Virus record (IMG/VR): IMGVR_UViG_3300037313_001009 | Span: 1 to 28,752 of that record | Origin: a virus | Lineage: Duplodnaviria > Caudoviricetes | Strand: one strand, 5' to 3' | Length of the DNA stretch: 28,752 bases | Part shown: positions 8,764 through 17,932 of the stretch, piece by piece | Layout of the letters: each line of letters starts with the position of its first letter | Numbering within the stretch: the stretch's first letter is position 1 | Translations under genes and position numbers: made by a program | The notes under the pieces: generated by a model | What the model was told of the DNA's origin: nothing | Databases searched by the model: none | Seen by the model: only the letters and a program-made list of their open reading frames with translations

Positions 8764-9389
8764 TACTTACTTCCTTGTTTAAGTAGATGAGAAAACTTCT
8801 CTTTAACTTCTTTGTTGATGGACTCTCTAAAGGCGCGATTTTTTCTAACCTTCATAATTGCCGGGGCGAGGAAAGGACGAGCGGGAATATCACTACGAAA
8901 TAAATGGTTGGCTGCGGGTGGACGACTACGCCAGTCTTCAGGGTTATGCTCGGCCTCGGCCGGATTGGCACTACCAAATTCATGCATCGCAGCAGCAGGG
9001 TGATCGGAACCAGCAGTAACTACAGCACCCTTTTTGGTTCTCGTTTGGCCGAAAATCTTGATTGAATCATAAAGACTTCCCGTGTCCAACAGCGGCTCTG
9101 AACCGTCACGATTTGATTCTCTACGACCTCTGCCAGTTTTGTCTTTTTTCTCAGCAGACCACCATTGTCTTGTGCTTTCGCCAATACCATCCCCCTCGTC
9201 GTATAGAGGTTTCCAGTTAGGATGGCCATCAAGAATGTATTCTTTAGCTTGTTTGACCACTTCTTCCGCAATGCGACGAGCAACGTAATTAGCCACCTCG
9301 TTATGATGACGCATCAGGTTTTTGATGCCGTTTAATGGACTGGATTTACCTGCGGCGAAATCCTCAGGGGTAATACGATACTTAGGCAT
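8763..9389 (-). CDS. Neck / virion morphogenesis protein (HK97 gp10 / Mu gpG-like)
   Basis: Motifs PLLDTGSLYDSI, AAMHEFGS and IPARPFL. Confidence 0.85.
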   Translation of the reverse strand: MPKYRITPEDFAAGKSSPLNGIKNLMRHHNEVANYVARRIAEEVVKQAKEYILDGHPNWKPLYDEGDGIGESTRQWWSAEKKDKTGRGRRESNRDGSEPLLDTGSLYDSIKIFGQTRTKKGAVVTAGSDHPAAAMHEFGSANPAEAEHNPEDWRSRPPAANHLFRSDIPARPFLAPAIMKVRKNRAFRESINKEVKEKFSHLLKQGSK

Positions 9390-9790
9390 TAGTATCTCTT
9401 GTCGCGTGAAGCTCTTACTTCGGTAATAACATTAACGCCCCTGTAGGGGTTAAGCTCTAGTCTATAAACCAACCATTCATTTTCTGTGTTTGGCGGATAA
9501 ATCAGTTTGTCGCTGGTTTTGATATCAACATCGCCAGCAACGTAGAAATACATAAACTCTTTGCTTGAGGGCAATCCGCCAAGCTCAGTTTCCTCGTTGA
9601 TTCGTCTATCTTGGTCAACCACAATGCGAACAGGGATTTGTTTAAATACGGCACCAGATGGTGAAATGGGCTCGCCATATCCATCAAGCTCTACATTTGC
9701 CGAATCAAAGCGCAAGAGTACGGTGTCAATGCCGTACTTCTTGATAATCTTTTTGTTCAGTTTTCTCTTTAGTGAATTTCCGTTAGTCAT
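9389..9790 (-). CDS. Head closure / stopper protein (SPP1 gp16-like)
   Basis: 133 aa between connector and neck genes; DGYGEP and DIKTSDKLI...W.V pattern. Confidence 0.65.
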   Translation of the reverse strand: MTNGNSLKRKLNKKIIKKYGIDTVLLRFDSANVELDGYGEPISPSGAVFKQIPVRIVVDQDRRINEETELGGLPSSKEFMYFYVAGDVDIKTSDKLIYPPNTENEWLVYRLELNPYRGVNVITEVRASRDKRY

Positions 9791-10395
9791 TATGCTTTAA
9801 GGTACTTGAATCGTTTAAGGATTGCTTCAACGGTAGGAGGAATGTCGTTGACTTGACGCTGACGAGGGTCTGAGTAAGCTTCCCAAAATTTATTGAATCT
9901 GAACTGAGTGTTTGTACCACCATCAACGACAGCGACAGCACCGTTATCAACTTGTTGAGCGGCGATATTCGCCCACATCAAAGTAGCAACTCTAATGGGC
10001 TCAGGAATGGTAGGATAACCGGCCACATAATTGACTGTGTAGATTAGGTCAGGATTTAGGTAATCTGTGAAACGAAGTTTGCCTGTGGTTTTGTTTAGGC
10101 GATAATTCGCCAAAACACCAGAAGAGGAACCATCAATATTCTCGTAAGTCACCGAGATAATGCCGGTCGCAGGAATAACATCTAGATAGATGAAGTCTCG
10201 CTTACAGTCAGATACCTCTTGGGCGTATTGAACAACATCGAAAGTTCTGCTGCAATACATATCAACAAGCGCAGAAATCGACGTTAAGAAAGCGTCGATA
10301 TCATTCGTATCTGTAAAAATAGAATCGCCAGGCTGATAATCAATTCCATAAGGCGAATTGAGGAATTCAGAGTAAGTTACGTATTGACTAGGCAT
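9790..10395 (-). CDS. Head-tail connector / adaptor (HK97 gp6 / SPP1 gp15-like)
   Basis: Motifs SALVDMYCSRTF, VNYVAGYPTIPEPIRVA and IPPTVEAILKRFK. Confidence 0.85.
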   Translation of the reverse strand: MPSQYVTYSEFLNSPYGIDYQPGDSIFTDTNDIDAFLTSISALVDMYCSRTFDVVQYAQEVSDCKRDFIYLDVIPATGIISVTYENIDGSSSGVLANYRLNKTTGKLRFTDYLNPDLIYTVNYVAGYPTIPEPIRVATLMWANIAAQQVDNGAVAVVDGGTNTQFRFNKFWEAYSDPRQRQVNDIPPTVEAILKRFKYLKA

Positions 10396-10454
10396 TATTG
10401 TCTCTTTTCGGCAAATTTACAATAATTAGTTTAGTTACGATGCTTGCAACTTCC

Positions 10455-11369
10455 TTACAAGTTGTCGAGGCCAACCACTATAAGCTGGTTGGTATAAGCC
10501 CCGATATCGGTGCTGTTCAGGGTGCAGTTGGCGCTGCTCCAGCCCCCAAGGTTGACGTAATCGCCCGCGTTGAGGTAGAGCGTGGCGCTGCACGCCTCAG
10601 AGTAGACGGCGTTGACCGTGGTGGCAATCTGAGCGGCGCGCGCCACTTCCGACCCGTTCACGGTAATCGAGGCAAGCACCACGTTTGTCCCCGAGGGAAC
10701 GGAGGAGAGGTACATAGCGCCAGTGACGAGATACCATCCCGAGCGTTTGATGTTGACGCGACCGTTGGTGATATCAAGCTCGTAGAGTTCGTCGCGGGTG
10801 CGCGTATCAAACGGGACGAGAAAGCCGACATTGGCGGTCACGGCCATATTAGCTGCTCGGCGGGCGATGACGTGGGTGCGATTCTTGGGCGGGAAGGCCG
10901 TGACAGAGGTAACGGTCGAGGCACCAGTGACAGCCACGCCAACGAACACCCGATAGACAGTCGTCCAAGCCGAACCGCTCCACGACTTCATCAGGAAGAC
11001 GGTGGTATCAAACCAATGCTGGCCCGTAGCGGGCGAACCAGGCGCGGTAGGCTGATACAGCGGAGCAAGGACTGAGAAGCCATAGCTAGGCGTGCCGCTG
11101 TTGTAGTCGACGTAGAGGTAGCAAGTGGAACTTGCCGTCAATCCGCTCCACGCGCCAGTTACCGTGGCCGATACACTAACGTAAAAATCAACAGGCTGTC
11201 CGGTCACATTATTGAAGCCGTTGGCCCAAGTGAGGTTGAGTGGTACAGCCGACAAGTTAACAGCCAATCCGGTGCCAATAGCAAGAAAACTGCCAAGACC
11301 CGTGGAACCCATAGCACAGGAGATGATAGTTTGCCTGACCGGGGCACTGTTGATGGTATTATAACTCAC
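10455..11369 (-). CDS. Fibre-associated / receptor-binding protein with a C1q/TNF-like C-terminal domain
   Basis: Start refined to GTG 11369 (AAGGAG RBS directly after the upstream stop). Contains APGSPATGQHWFDT, and C-terminal RSGWYLVTG...LYLNAGDYV typical of C1q-like jelly-roll domains. GC-rich 3' part. Confidence 0.55.
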   Translation of the reverse strand: MSYNTINSAPVRQTIISCAMGSTGLGSFLAIGTGLAVNLSAVPLNLTWANGFNNVTGQPVDFYVSVSATVTGAWSGLTASSTCYLYVDYNSGTPSYGFSVLAPLYQPTAPGSPATGQHWFDTTVFLMKSWSGSAWTTVYRVFVGVAVTGASTVTSVTAFPPKNRTHVIARRAANMAVTANVGFLVPFDTRTRDELYELDITNGRVNIKRSGWYLVTGAMYLSSVPSGTNVVLASITVNGSEVARAAQIATTVNAVYSEACSATLYLNAGDYVNLGGWSSANCTLNSTDIGAYTNQLIVVGLDNL

Positions 11370-11379
11370 GGTAATCTCC

Positions 11380-12963
11380 TTAGAGGATATTCCACTGGGT
11401 GCCGTTGTAGACAAGGGTATATGAATTGTAGTTTGTACTAATTACTTTAGTAGATGAACCATCAATTGTTTTACCATTGCCGTTAATTGTAATGTTGTTT
11501 GTGGCGGAATCTCCCAGTCCATCCTTAATGGTTACTTGTTGGTTGGCGGCAGGAGAAGCAGGAAGCGTTACAGTTGTAGCACCTGCTACAGTTTTGTTGA
11601 TTACGACGATTTGGTTGGCCGTGGATAGTGTAGCTGGATCGCTAGTGTACACGGTAACAGCAGGCATAAGATTGGTAATGCCTGAACCATCACCAACCAA
11701 GTTGGTTGCGTTAAGTGTTCCTGTTACAGTTAAGCCAGAACTATCAACAGTAGCTTTGATTGTACTTCCAGCTTTAAAGTTTACGGCAGAACCACGAATA
11801 TTGAGAACCTTATCAGCAACAGCCGTGCGGTCAAATGCTTGAATAGTACCTTCGGATGACGCAAAATGAATTTCAACGCCAGAGCCAGAAGTAGGAGCGC
11901 CGGTACTAACAACTCGGGCTACGCCGTTAACATCAAGTTTGGCAGCAGGGGCCATCCCGATTCCAATACCTGATGTGGTTAGTCTGGCAACCTCAGTCGG
12001 GGTAAATGTAGAACCAACTGTCAATCCTGTGTTCAAATACCAGAAAATTCCAGAGCCATTTTGTGATTGAATACCAGATGATGTTTGCTTGGCTACGTAA
12101 TTTGTTCCATCAAAAGTGGCTCCCCAAAACAACTGAGTGTTTGAGGTACTTGCTTTTAGAAAGCCCTGACCACTTCCGCCTTGACCAAATGCGATTTGTG
12201 AAGCACCAGTTGAGTCAACAGTTTCCAGCTTTGCATTCGGTGCGATGCCCGCGCCAATCACTAGACCAGAAGCGGTTAAGCGCATACGCTCAGTGGGCGT
12301 AAAACTAAGGTTGAGAGTCAAGCCAGTATCAATGCACCAACGGAAGTCGTTGGTGGTAGCTCCGTTGGCCTGGAAAATATTGGCTTGGGTTTGCTTAGCG
12401 ATATAGTTAGTGCCATCGTGATAGGCACCATACATCGTGTTCAATTGAATGCTGTTTGCGTGTAAGAAGGCTCGGTTAGTTGTGTTGCCAAAGGCAATCT
12501 GAGCCGCGCTACCAGAAGGATTAATTACTTCAAGTTGGGTGGCGGCATTTGAAGCCGAACCAATCATTAGACCAGCAGAATTCAAACGCATCAATTCTGT
12601 CGTGCCACCATACCACTTGTGGTGATAACTAGTGGATGCTTGAGGGACGGAACGCCACAAAGCACCGGACTCAATACCTAATGCAAAATCAACATGAGTG
12701 GCATCAAGATTATTCCAAAGAACCACTTTTGTTCCGTTTGAACGGCTAGTCATTGTGGGTGCGGCTAAACCAACAGCGCCCCAATTAATCAAGTTGAATC
12801 CAGCGGCACCTAGTGTTGTGGTGCCGCCGTTAATGTTTAAATTGCCTGTGAATGTACCGCCCGATGCAAATCGGGTGTCAAAGCGAGCATTGGTCCAATA
12901 AAGGTTAGTAGAACCCTCTGGAACGCTATCTGAATTTGTTACTACACTTTTAATATAACTCAT
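11380..12963 (-). CDS. Virion fibre protein, paralog of the C-terminal half of 12973..16425
   Basis: EGSTNLYWTNARFDTRFA repeat, GIG..PAAKLDVNG and DSTGASQIAFG repeats, terminal IKDG.GD.ATNNITI.GNGKTIDG...YNGTQWNI domain. Confidence 0.8.
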   Translation of the reverse strand: MSYIKSVVTNSDSVPEGSTNLYWTNARFDTRFASGGTFTGNLNINGGTTTLGAAGFNLINWGAVGLAAPTMTSRSNGTKVVLWNNLDATHVDFALGIESGALWRSVPQASTSYHHKWYGGTTELMRLNSAGLMIGSASNAATQLEVINPSGSAAQIAFGNTTNRAFLHANSIQLNTMYGAYHDGTNYIAKQTQANIFQANGATTNDFRWCIDTGLTLNLSFTPTERMRLTASGLVIGAGIAPNAKLETVDSTGASQIAFGQGGSGQGFLKASTSNTQLFWGATFDGTNYVAKQTSSGIQSQNGSGIFWYLNTGLTVGSTFTPTEVARLTTSGIGIGMAPAAKLDVNGVARVVSTGAPTSGSGVEIHFASSEGTIQAFDRTAVADKVLNIRGSAVNFKAGSTIKATVDSSGLTVTGTLNATNLVGDGSGITNLMPAVTVYTSDPATLSTANQIVVINKTVAGATTVTLPASPAANQQVTIKDGLGDSATNNITINGNGKTIDGSSTKVISTNYNSYTLVYNGTQWNIL

Positions 12964-12972
12964 TGTTTTTCC

Positions 12973-15900
12973 TTAGATAATGTTCCACTGAGTTCCGTTG
13001 TAAATGATGGTTACTGAGTCATAGTTATTGTTGATTACGAAGTTGGCATTTCCGTCAATGGTTTTACCGTTTCCGCTAATAGTAATATTATTTGTTGCAG
13101 CATCACCCTTGCCGTCTTTGATGACGATTTCTCGGCCAGTGACAGGAGCGAGAGGAAGAGTGATCGTAACAGCACCGGCGACAGTAGGGTTAGAAATAAT
13201 TCTGTTATGTGTTGTATCTACTGTTAAAGTGTTTGTTGTAACGATTGTAACGGTGTAGTTTACAGCATTAATGACGGATACGCCGTTTCCATCAATGGCA
13301 AGCTTATCAACACCAGCTTTGTTTAGATAAATTGAATTACCTTTGATACTTAGATTTTTCCAAGCAGAACCGCCACGATCATAAGCTTGAATTACGCCAG
13401 TTGTACCAGCGTAAAGCAATTCGATACCTTGGCCAGTTGTGGGGTCATTTTGTCCCGTTACCTGCAATGTTGTAGCACTTGTGTTCCAAGTGTCAACGGT
13501 AAATTTATTTACATTTGCGATTTTAAAATTGTGAGTGCTGCCGTTGTAAATAACGCCCTTGTATGAGGCGGCGGTGCGGTCATATGATGTTACATAACCA
13601 TTTGTTCCATCGTGACCAAATTCAATACCAACACCCGAAGTTGGTGATGTTGTACCACTAAAGCGGCCAACGCCATTAACATCAAGTTTGGCGGCAGGAG
13701 TCATTCCAATACCAAGGCCAGTAGCAAGCAGTTTCATTTGCTCGCCAGGTGACATTGTAGTTCCTGCTGTCAAACCTGTGTTGCCATACCAAATGTGTTG
13801 CCAAGCGGTACCACTATTATTGATGGTGTAGCCACCAGAAATTGTTTGCTTAGCAACAAAATTAGAACCGTCGTAGGTGTAACCATAAAACAAGTTCGCG
13901 TTGGCAGAAGACCCACGCAAATATGCTTGACCAGCACCAGCGCCAAATGCAATTTGTGAAGCGCCGGTAGAGTCCTGAACTTCCAACTTAGCAGCAGAAT
14001 TAGCGGTCATACCAACAGACAAACCATTGGGTGTGAATCTGGCGATTTCAGTTGGAGTGAAAATACCTCCCGTTACAAGTGCGCTCGATGAATCAATATT
14101 GAAACGAATGCTTCCAGTATTAACTACTTGAATTGCGGCAGCATTTGTTTGACGAGCAACCCAATTGGCGCCATTGTAGTTAGAACCACTTGTTAGGGCT
14201 GAAAAACCACCTTGAGCAGTTAAGAAACCTTGATCGGCAGCAGTACCAAAAGCGATTTGGCTGGCTGTGTCGCGAGCTTCCAATTTGGCATTCACAGAAC
14301 CATCTGTAATGCCTGTGCCAAGTCTTAGTCCTGAAACACTAGGGTTGAATACAGCATACGGGGTTCCAGAAGCATTAACCATTACAATAGTGCGAGTAGC
14401 ACCAGATAGTCTAGGCTCAAAAACAAGGTGTCCAGCCTCAGTATAAGGCCAAGAGGTTCCAGTTGTTGTTGTACCATAGACAGAAGGTGTGGTTAGGTTT
14501 TTTGCGCCAGCAGAGTTATTTTGCAGCACAAGCCATCCCACTGTTGCCGCCGTTGCGTTAACAGTGATGCCGCCAGTAAATGTGTTAAGAGCGCCGAAAG
14601 AGTTAGCCGTGTTTTTTAGAGGTACATTTGAAGAAAGTTGTGTGTCACCAACAGAGCGAGTTGTTGTCCAATATAGGTTAGAACCCTCAGCAATGTTTGA
14701 GGTTGTTTTTGTGGCTAGGCGAGTATCGAATCTTGAATCTGTCCAATACAAATTGGCTCCCTCAGTAAGATCAGCTGTAGTCTTACCAGAGAATGCATTA
14801 TCGAATCTTGTTTGTGTGTAGTAAAGGTTTGCGCCTTCTGTTAGGTCGTCGGTTGTTTTTGCGGCGAATTTTGTGTCAAATCTGGCATTGGTCCAATACT
14901 GATTACTACCTTCGGCAATATCCGAGGTAGTTAGAGTGATAGCACCGCTGTATCCATTAACGGAAGAAACGAGATCGGTATTATCAATCTTATCCCAGAA
15001 AGAGCCATTACTAACAATCCAATCGCCAATCTTCCACTCTGAGATACCATCAATTGTAGTATTGCCAGCCACAGAAACCTTGTAGTAGTGACCTTTGTTG
15101 AGCGCCATATCGGCAGCAGGAATCACAGGAGTATTTGTAGACGCATCCCAAGTGCCTCGGTAATTCAAACCACCGAGTAGAGCAACAGGAAGATAAGAAA
15201 CGTCAATTTGTGAGCTTGAATTTAGAGGGGCATAGCCGTTAGCAGCGCCTTTGTTTGCGGCATTTTCAGGCGTGTAACCCAAAACTGAAGTGATGACTGA
15301 ATCTGTCAGAGAAGCGCTGAAGCGTGTGTCAAAGCGAGAGGTAGTCCAATATTGGTTAATTAAACCCTCTCCAATGTCATCAGTATTTAAAACAACAGCG
15401 CCTAGTTTTGAATTAACACTTCTTACGGGCGAAATTAGACCCTTGTCAAAATAAACACCACTCTCTCTGGTAAACCAATGCCAAGTAGATGTGTTGATAT
15501 AATGGTCACCATCAACGCCAACTAAATCATTAGGAGTCGAGGTACCATATCTAATTGTTGCTCCGTCTTTACCGTTGGTGCCGTTTGTTCCGGCGATTCC
15601 CTGAGGGCCTTGGATGCCTTGAGGCCCCTGATCACCCTTCGGACCCTGAATTCCCTGATCGCCTTTAGGACCGGCAGGGCCTTGAGGTCCGGTAGCGCCT
15701 GTAGCACCCGTGGCACCAGCAGGACCGGCGTCACCTTTGTCACCTTTATCTCCCTTAAGACCCTGAATTCCCTGAATACCTTGAGGTCCAGCGTCACCCT
15801 TGGGGCCTTGAATACCTTGATCACCCTTCGGGCCAGCGGGTCCAGTAGCGCCAGTTGCACCAGTTAAGCCCTGGATACCCTGAGGGCCAGCATCGCCCTT

Positions 15901-16425
15901 ATCACCCTTGTCGCCTTTTGGACCTTGGAGGCCTTGAAGTCCTTGCGGGCCTTGGGGACCAGCAGGACCTTGAATACCCTGATCGCCTTTAATACCTTGA
16001 GGACCGGCAGGGCCAGTATCACCCTTTGGACCTTGGATGCCTTGGATACCTTGATCGCCTTTGTCCCCTTTAGGCCCCTGCGGGCCGGTTAGACCAATTA
16101 AACCCTGAGGACCAACATCACCCTTCGGACCCTGAGGACCAGGCTCACCTTGAATACCCTGAGGACCAGCAGGACCAATTAGGCCCTGAGGACCTTGTGA
16201 TCCACGATCACCCTTATCACCCTTCGGACCAGCAGGACCAACTTGACCCTGAATACCTTGAATACCCTGAGGTCCAACAGGACCAGCAGGGCCAACATTC
16301 ATTTGAACAACATCGTAATTAGTGTTCTCGTCAGTATAAACAACTAATGTTTTGGATACGCCGTCAACCTCAGTGGTTAGAGTTACCTCTGTGGTTTCAA
16401 GATTGATGAAAACTTGACTATCCAT
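12973..16425 (-). CDS. Collagen-like virion fibre protein (1150 aa)
   Basis: About 82 Gly-X-Y triplets, then SVN..GAV.L and T.DL.EG.NLYWT..R repeats, beta-rich fibre repeats, and the same C-terminal domain as the downstream gene. Confidence 0.85.
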   Translation of the reverse strand: MDSQVFINLETTEVTLTTEVDGVSKTLVVYTDENTNYDVVQMNVGPAGPVGPQGIQGIQGQVGPAGPKGDKGDRGSQGPQGLIGPAGPQGIQGEPGPQGPKGDVGPQGLIGLTGPQGPKGDKGDQGIQGIQGPKGDTGPAGPQGIKGDQGIQGPAGPQGPQGLQGLQGPKGDKGDKGDAGPQGIQGLTGATGATGPAGPKGDQGIQGPKGDAGPQGIQGIQGLKGDKGDKGDAGPAGATGATGATGPQGPAGPKGDQGIQGPKGDQGPQGIQGPQGIAGTNGTNGKDGATIRYGTSTPNDLVGVDGDHYINTSTWHWFTRESGVYFDKGLISPVRSVNSKLGAVVLNTDDIGEGLINQYWTTSRFDTRFSASLTDSVITSVLGYTPENAANKGAANGYAPLNSSSQIDVSYLPVALLGGLNYRGTWDASTNTPVIPAADMALNKGHYYKVSVAGNTTIDGISEWKIGDWIVSNGSFWDKIDNTDLVSSVNGYSGAITLTTSDIAEGSNQYWTNARFDTKFAAKTTDDLTEGANLYYTQTRFDNAFSGKTTADLTEGANLYWTDSRFDTRLATKTTSNIAEGSNLYWTTTRSVGDTQLSSNVPLKNTANSFGALNTFTGGITVNATAATVGWLVLQNNSAGAKNLTTPSVYGTTTTGTSWPYTEAGHLVFEPRLSGATRTIVMVNASGTPYAVFNPSVSGLRLGTGITDGSVNAKLEARDTASQIAFGTAADQGFLTAQGGFSALTSGSNYNGANWVARQTNAAAIQVVNTGSIRFNIDSSSALVTGGIFTPTEIARFTPNGLSVGMTANSAAKLEVQDSTGASQIAFGAGAGQAYLRGSSANANLFYGYTYDGSNFVAKQTISGGYTINNSGTAWQHIWYGNTGLTAGTTMSPGEQMKLLATGLGIGMTPAAKLDVNGVGRFSGTTSPTSGVGIEFGHDGTNGYVTSYDRTAASYKGVIYNGSTHNFKIANVNKFTVDTWNTSATTLQVTGQNDPTTGQGIELLYAGTTGVIQAYDRGGSAWKNLSIKGNSIYLNKAGVDKLAIDGNGVSVINAVNYTVTIVTTNTLTVDTTHNRIISNPTVAGAVTITLPLAPVTGREIVIKDGKGDAATNNITISGNGKTIDGNANFVINNNYDSVTIIYNGTQWNII
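15556..16293 (-). repeat. Collagen Gly-X-Y coding repeat
   Basis: 738 nt of uninterrupted 9-nt periodicity (GPQ/GPK/GDK/GIQ/GAT). Confidence 0.95.
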
Positions 16426-16772
16426 TAGAACACCGTAATAGATTTAATTAGCGAGGCAGTACCTTCAAGGATTTTTTCTGGGTCGCTTGCAGGAGGGACA
16501 ATAAATAGGTCGAATTCTGCTTTTGTAAATGTGAATGTCTTTGTGGATGCAGCGGGAATATTAATTGAGATTGTATTGTTGGTTGTGTTAATGGCGATTA
16601 ATCCATTGGAGGTATTTAGATCGACAATAACAGGCGAACCAACCTTTTCGCGCAATTGCATATGCGCCTCGTAACCAGTCAGATCACGGACAATTCCACC
16701 ATTCTTAATTTGCACGGTGGCCTTCCAGGCTGCACCCTGTTTAATCTCAATTGTGACGCGCTGATTTGACAT
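16425..16772 (-). CDS. BppU N-terminal-like beta-sandwich fibre attachment protein
   Basis: IKQGA.W...DLTGYEAHMQLR...ISINIPAAST...FDL...KILEG motif; TAATG coupling to the collagen fibre gene. Confidence 0.65.
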   Translation of the reverse strand: MSNQRVTIEIKQGAAWKATVQIKNGGIVRDLTGYEAHMQLREKVGSPVIVDLNTSNGLIAINTTNNTISINIPAASTKTFTFTKAEFDLFIVPPASDPEKILEGTASLIKSITVF

Positions 16773-16798
16773 TCATTCATCCTTCTAAATGGCTAAAA

Positions 16799-16809
16799 TT
16801 TATTTTAGA
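16799..16809 (-). promoter_or_regulatory. Putative late promoter motif TCTAAAATAAA
   Basis: Lies just downstream of the capsid terminator and upstream of the fibre cluster. Confidence 0.5.
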
Positions 16810-16816
16810 TAGCAAT

Positions 16817-16847
16817 AAAGAAAAAGGCCCCGCCTTTCGGCGGGACC
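16817..16847 (-). terminator. Rho-independent terminator after major capsid gene
   Basis: Minus strand GGTCCCGCC-GAAA-GGCGGGGCC-TTTTTCTTT. Confidence 0.9.
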
Positions 16848-16867
16848 AGATTCAAACCTGCTTCAGA

Positions 16868-17788
16868 TTAGAGGGAGTCGGTGACACCCGTAACCTTGGC
16901 GTGATGACCGAGGGCACGAAGCTCTAGGGTTAGGTAAGCCTTGATGAGAGTCTTAGCAACCACGTCGCCATCTAGGGGTAGTTCCTTGACCTTGATCTCG
17001 GGACCGTCGCCTAGTGAGCAGAGCTTGATCTTACCGGACTCGACGATGTAAACAGCGCCGGAAGGTAGGAAGTCCGCACGGACGGGTAGAATCTCAAGGG
17101 TGGGACCTAGAGGGGAGAGGTAGGTTAGAGTCTCGGCTGATAGACCGTTAGCGCCACCGCCAGTGGTGTAGCGGATCTTGTCGGCGGTGAAACCGGCAAT
17201 ACGCTGAGCCACAATAGGACGGGCGATAATTAGGTCAGGAGCGCCACCGTTGTCGAAAGCCTTAACAATGGCCTCATCAAGCTTGGCTTGGGCTAGAGCA
17301 GCATTACCGTTGGCAACGCTCTGGAAGCCGCTTGATAGGGTCACTAGACCGGACATTTCCTGGGGAGCAGTGTTGGCCTCATCACCATTGAAGATGAACC
17401 ACTCAATGGCACGCATTAGGTCAACCATCTTCTCTTGGAATTCGGTCGCATAAGCGTCTTGACCAACGGTGTTGGTGGCATTGATTAGCTCGGAAGCCTT
17501 GGCAATACGACCTAGAGACATAACCTTTGAACCACGACGAGCGTGAGTGTTGGTATGCTCTGAAGGTGAACCACCATCGGCGTAAGCCGCATCATTGAGG
17601 GTGCCGGTTAGAGTTGTTTCCATCCACTCATGAGTTAGAGCGGTCGCCTTACCACGGGCTAGACGCTTGAAGAGGGGGGTATCCTTAGGAGTCAACATAG
17701 TGACTAGATCGGATAGATCCTCATGAATAGCGTTAGCAAAGTTCGTGGTATTTAGGGCGCGAGTGATAATTTCCTTAGAAGTTGACAT
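16868..17788 (-). CDS. Major capsid protein (HK97 fold, DUF5309/SU10-like)
   Basis: EDLSDLV..L.P.DTPL...A....HEW pattern and AIEWFIFNG...MSGL motif; follows protease/scaffold; strong GAAAGGA RBS; own terminator; strongly biased codons. Confidence 0.9.
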   Translation of the reverse strand: MSTSKEIITRALNTTNFANAIHEDLSDLVTMLTPKDTPLFKRLARGKATALTHEWMETTLTGTLNDAAYADGGSPSEHTNTHARRGSKVMSLGRIAKASELINATNTVGQDAYATEFQEKMVDLMRAIEWFIFNGDEANTAPQEMSGLVTLSSGFQSVANGNAALAQAKLDEAIVKAFDNGGAPDLIIARPIVAQRIAGFTADKIRYTTGGGANGLSAETLTYLSPLGPTLEILPVRADFLPSGAVYIVESGKIKLCSLGDGPEIKVKELPLDGDVVAKTLIKAYLTLELRALGHHAKVTGVTDSL

Positions 17789-17932
17789 TTCGTTTCCTTT
17801 CGAAAAAGTCTTTTCTGAAATACGCTACCTAAACATTTCTCAAAAATTCAGGCTCTAACTACAAGCGGAATTCTTTCGGGAGAAATTTGTGTGTCTGAAT
17901 TTCATTTTACATTAAATTCAATTACAACATGT

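Noticed and set aside
10398-11075. 225-aa plus-strand ORF
   Set aside because: Antisense to the C1q-like fibre gene; likely open only because that segment is GC-rich and poor in stop codons.
15522-15867. Alternative-frame ORFs in the collagen region
   Set aside because: Artefacts of the GC-rich 9-nt periodic repeat.
10455-16425. Diversity-generating retroelement targeting the fibre tips
   Set aside because: The repeats between fibre genes differ at all base types, not only adenines, and no reverse transcriptase or non-coding template repeat was seen in the window.
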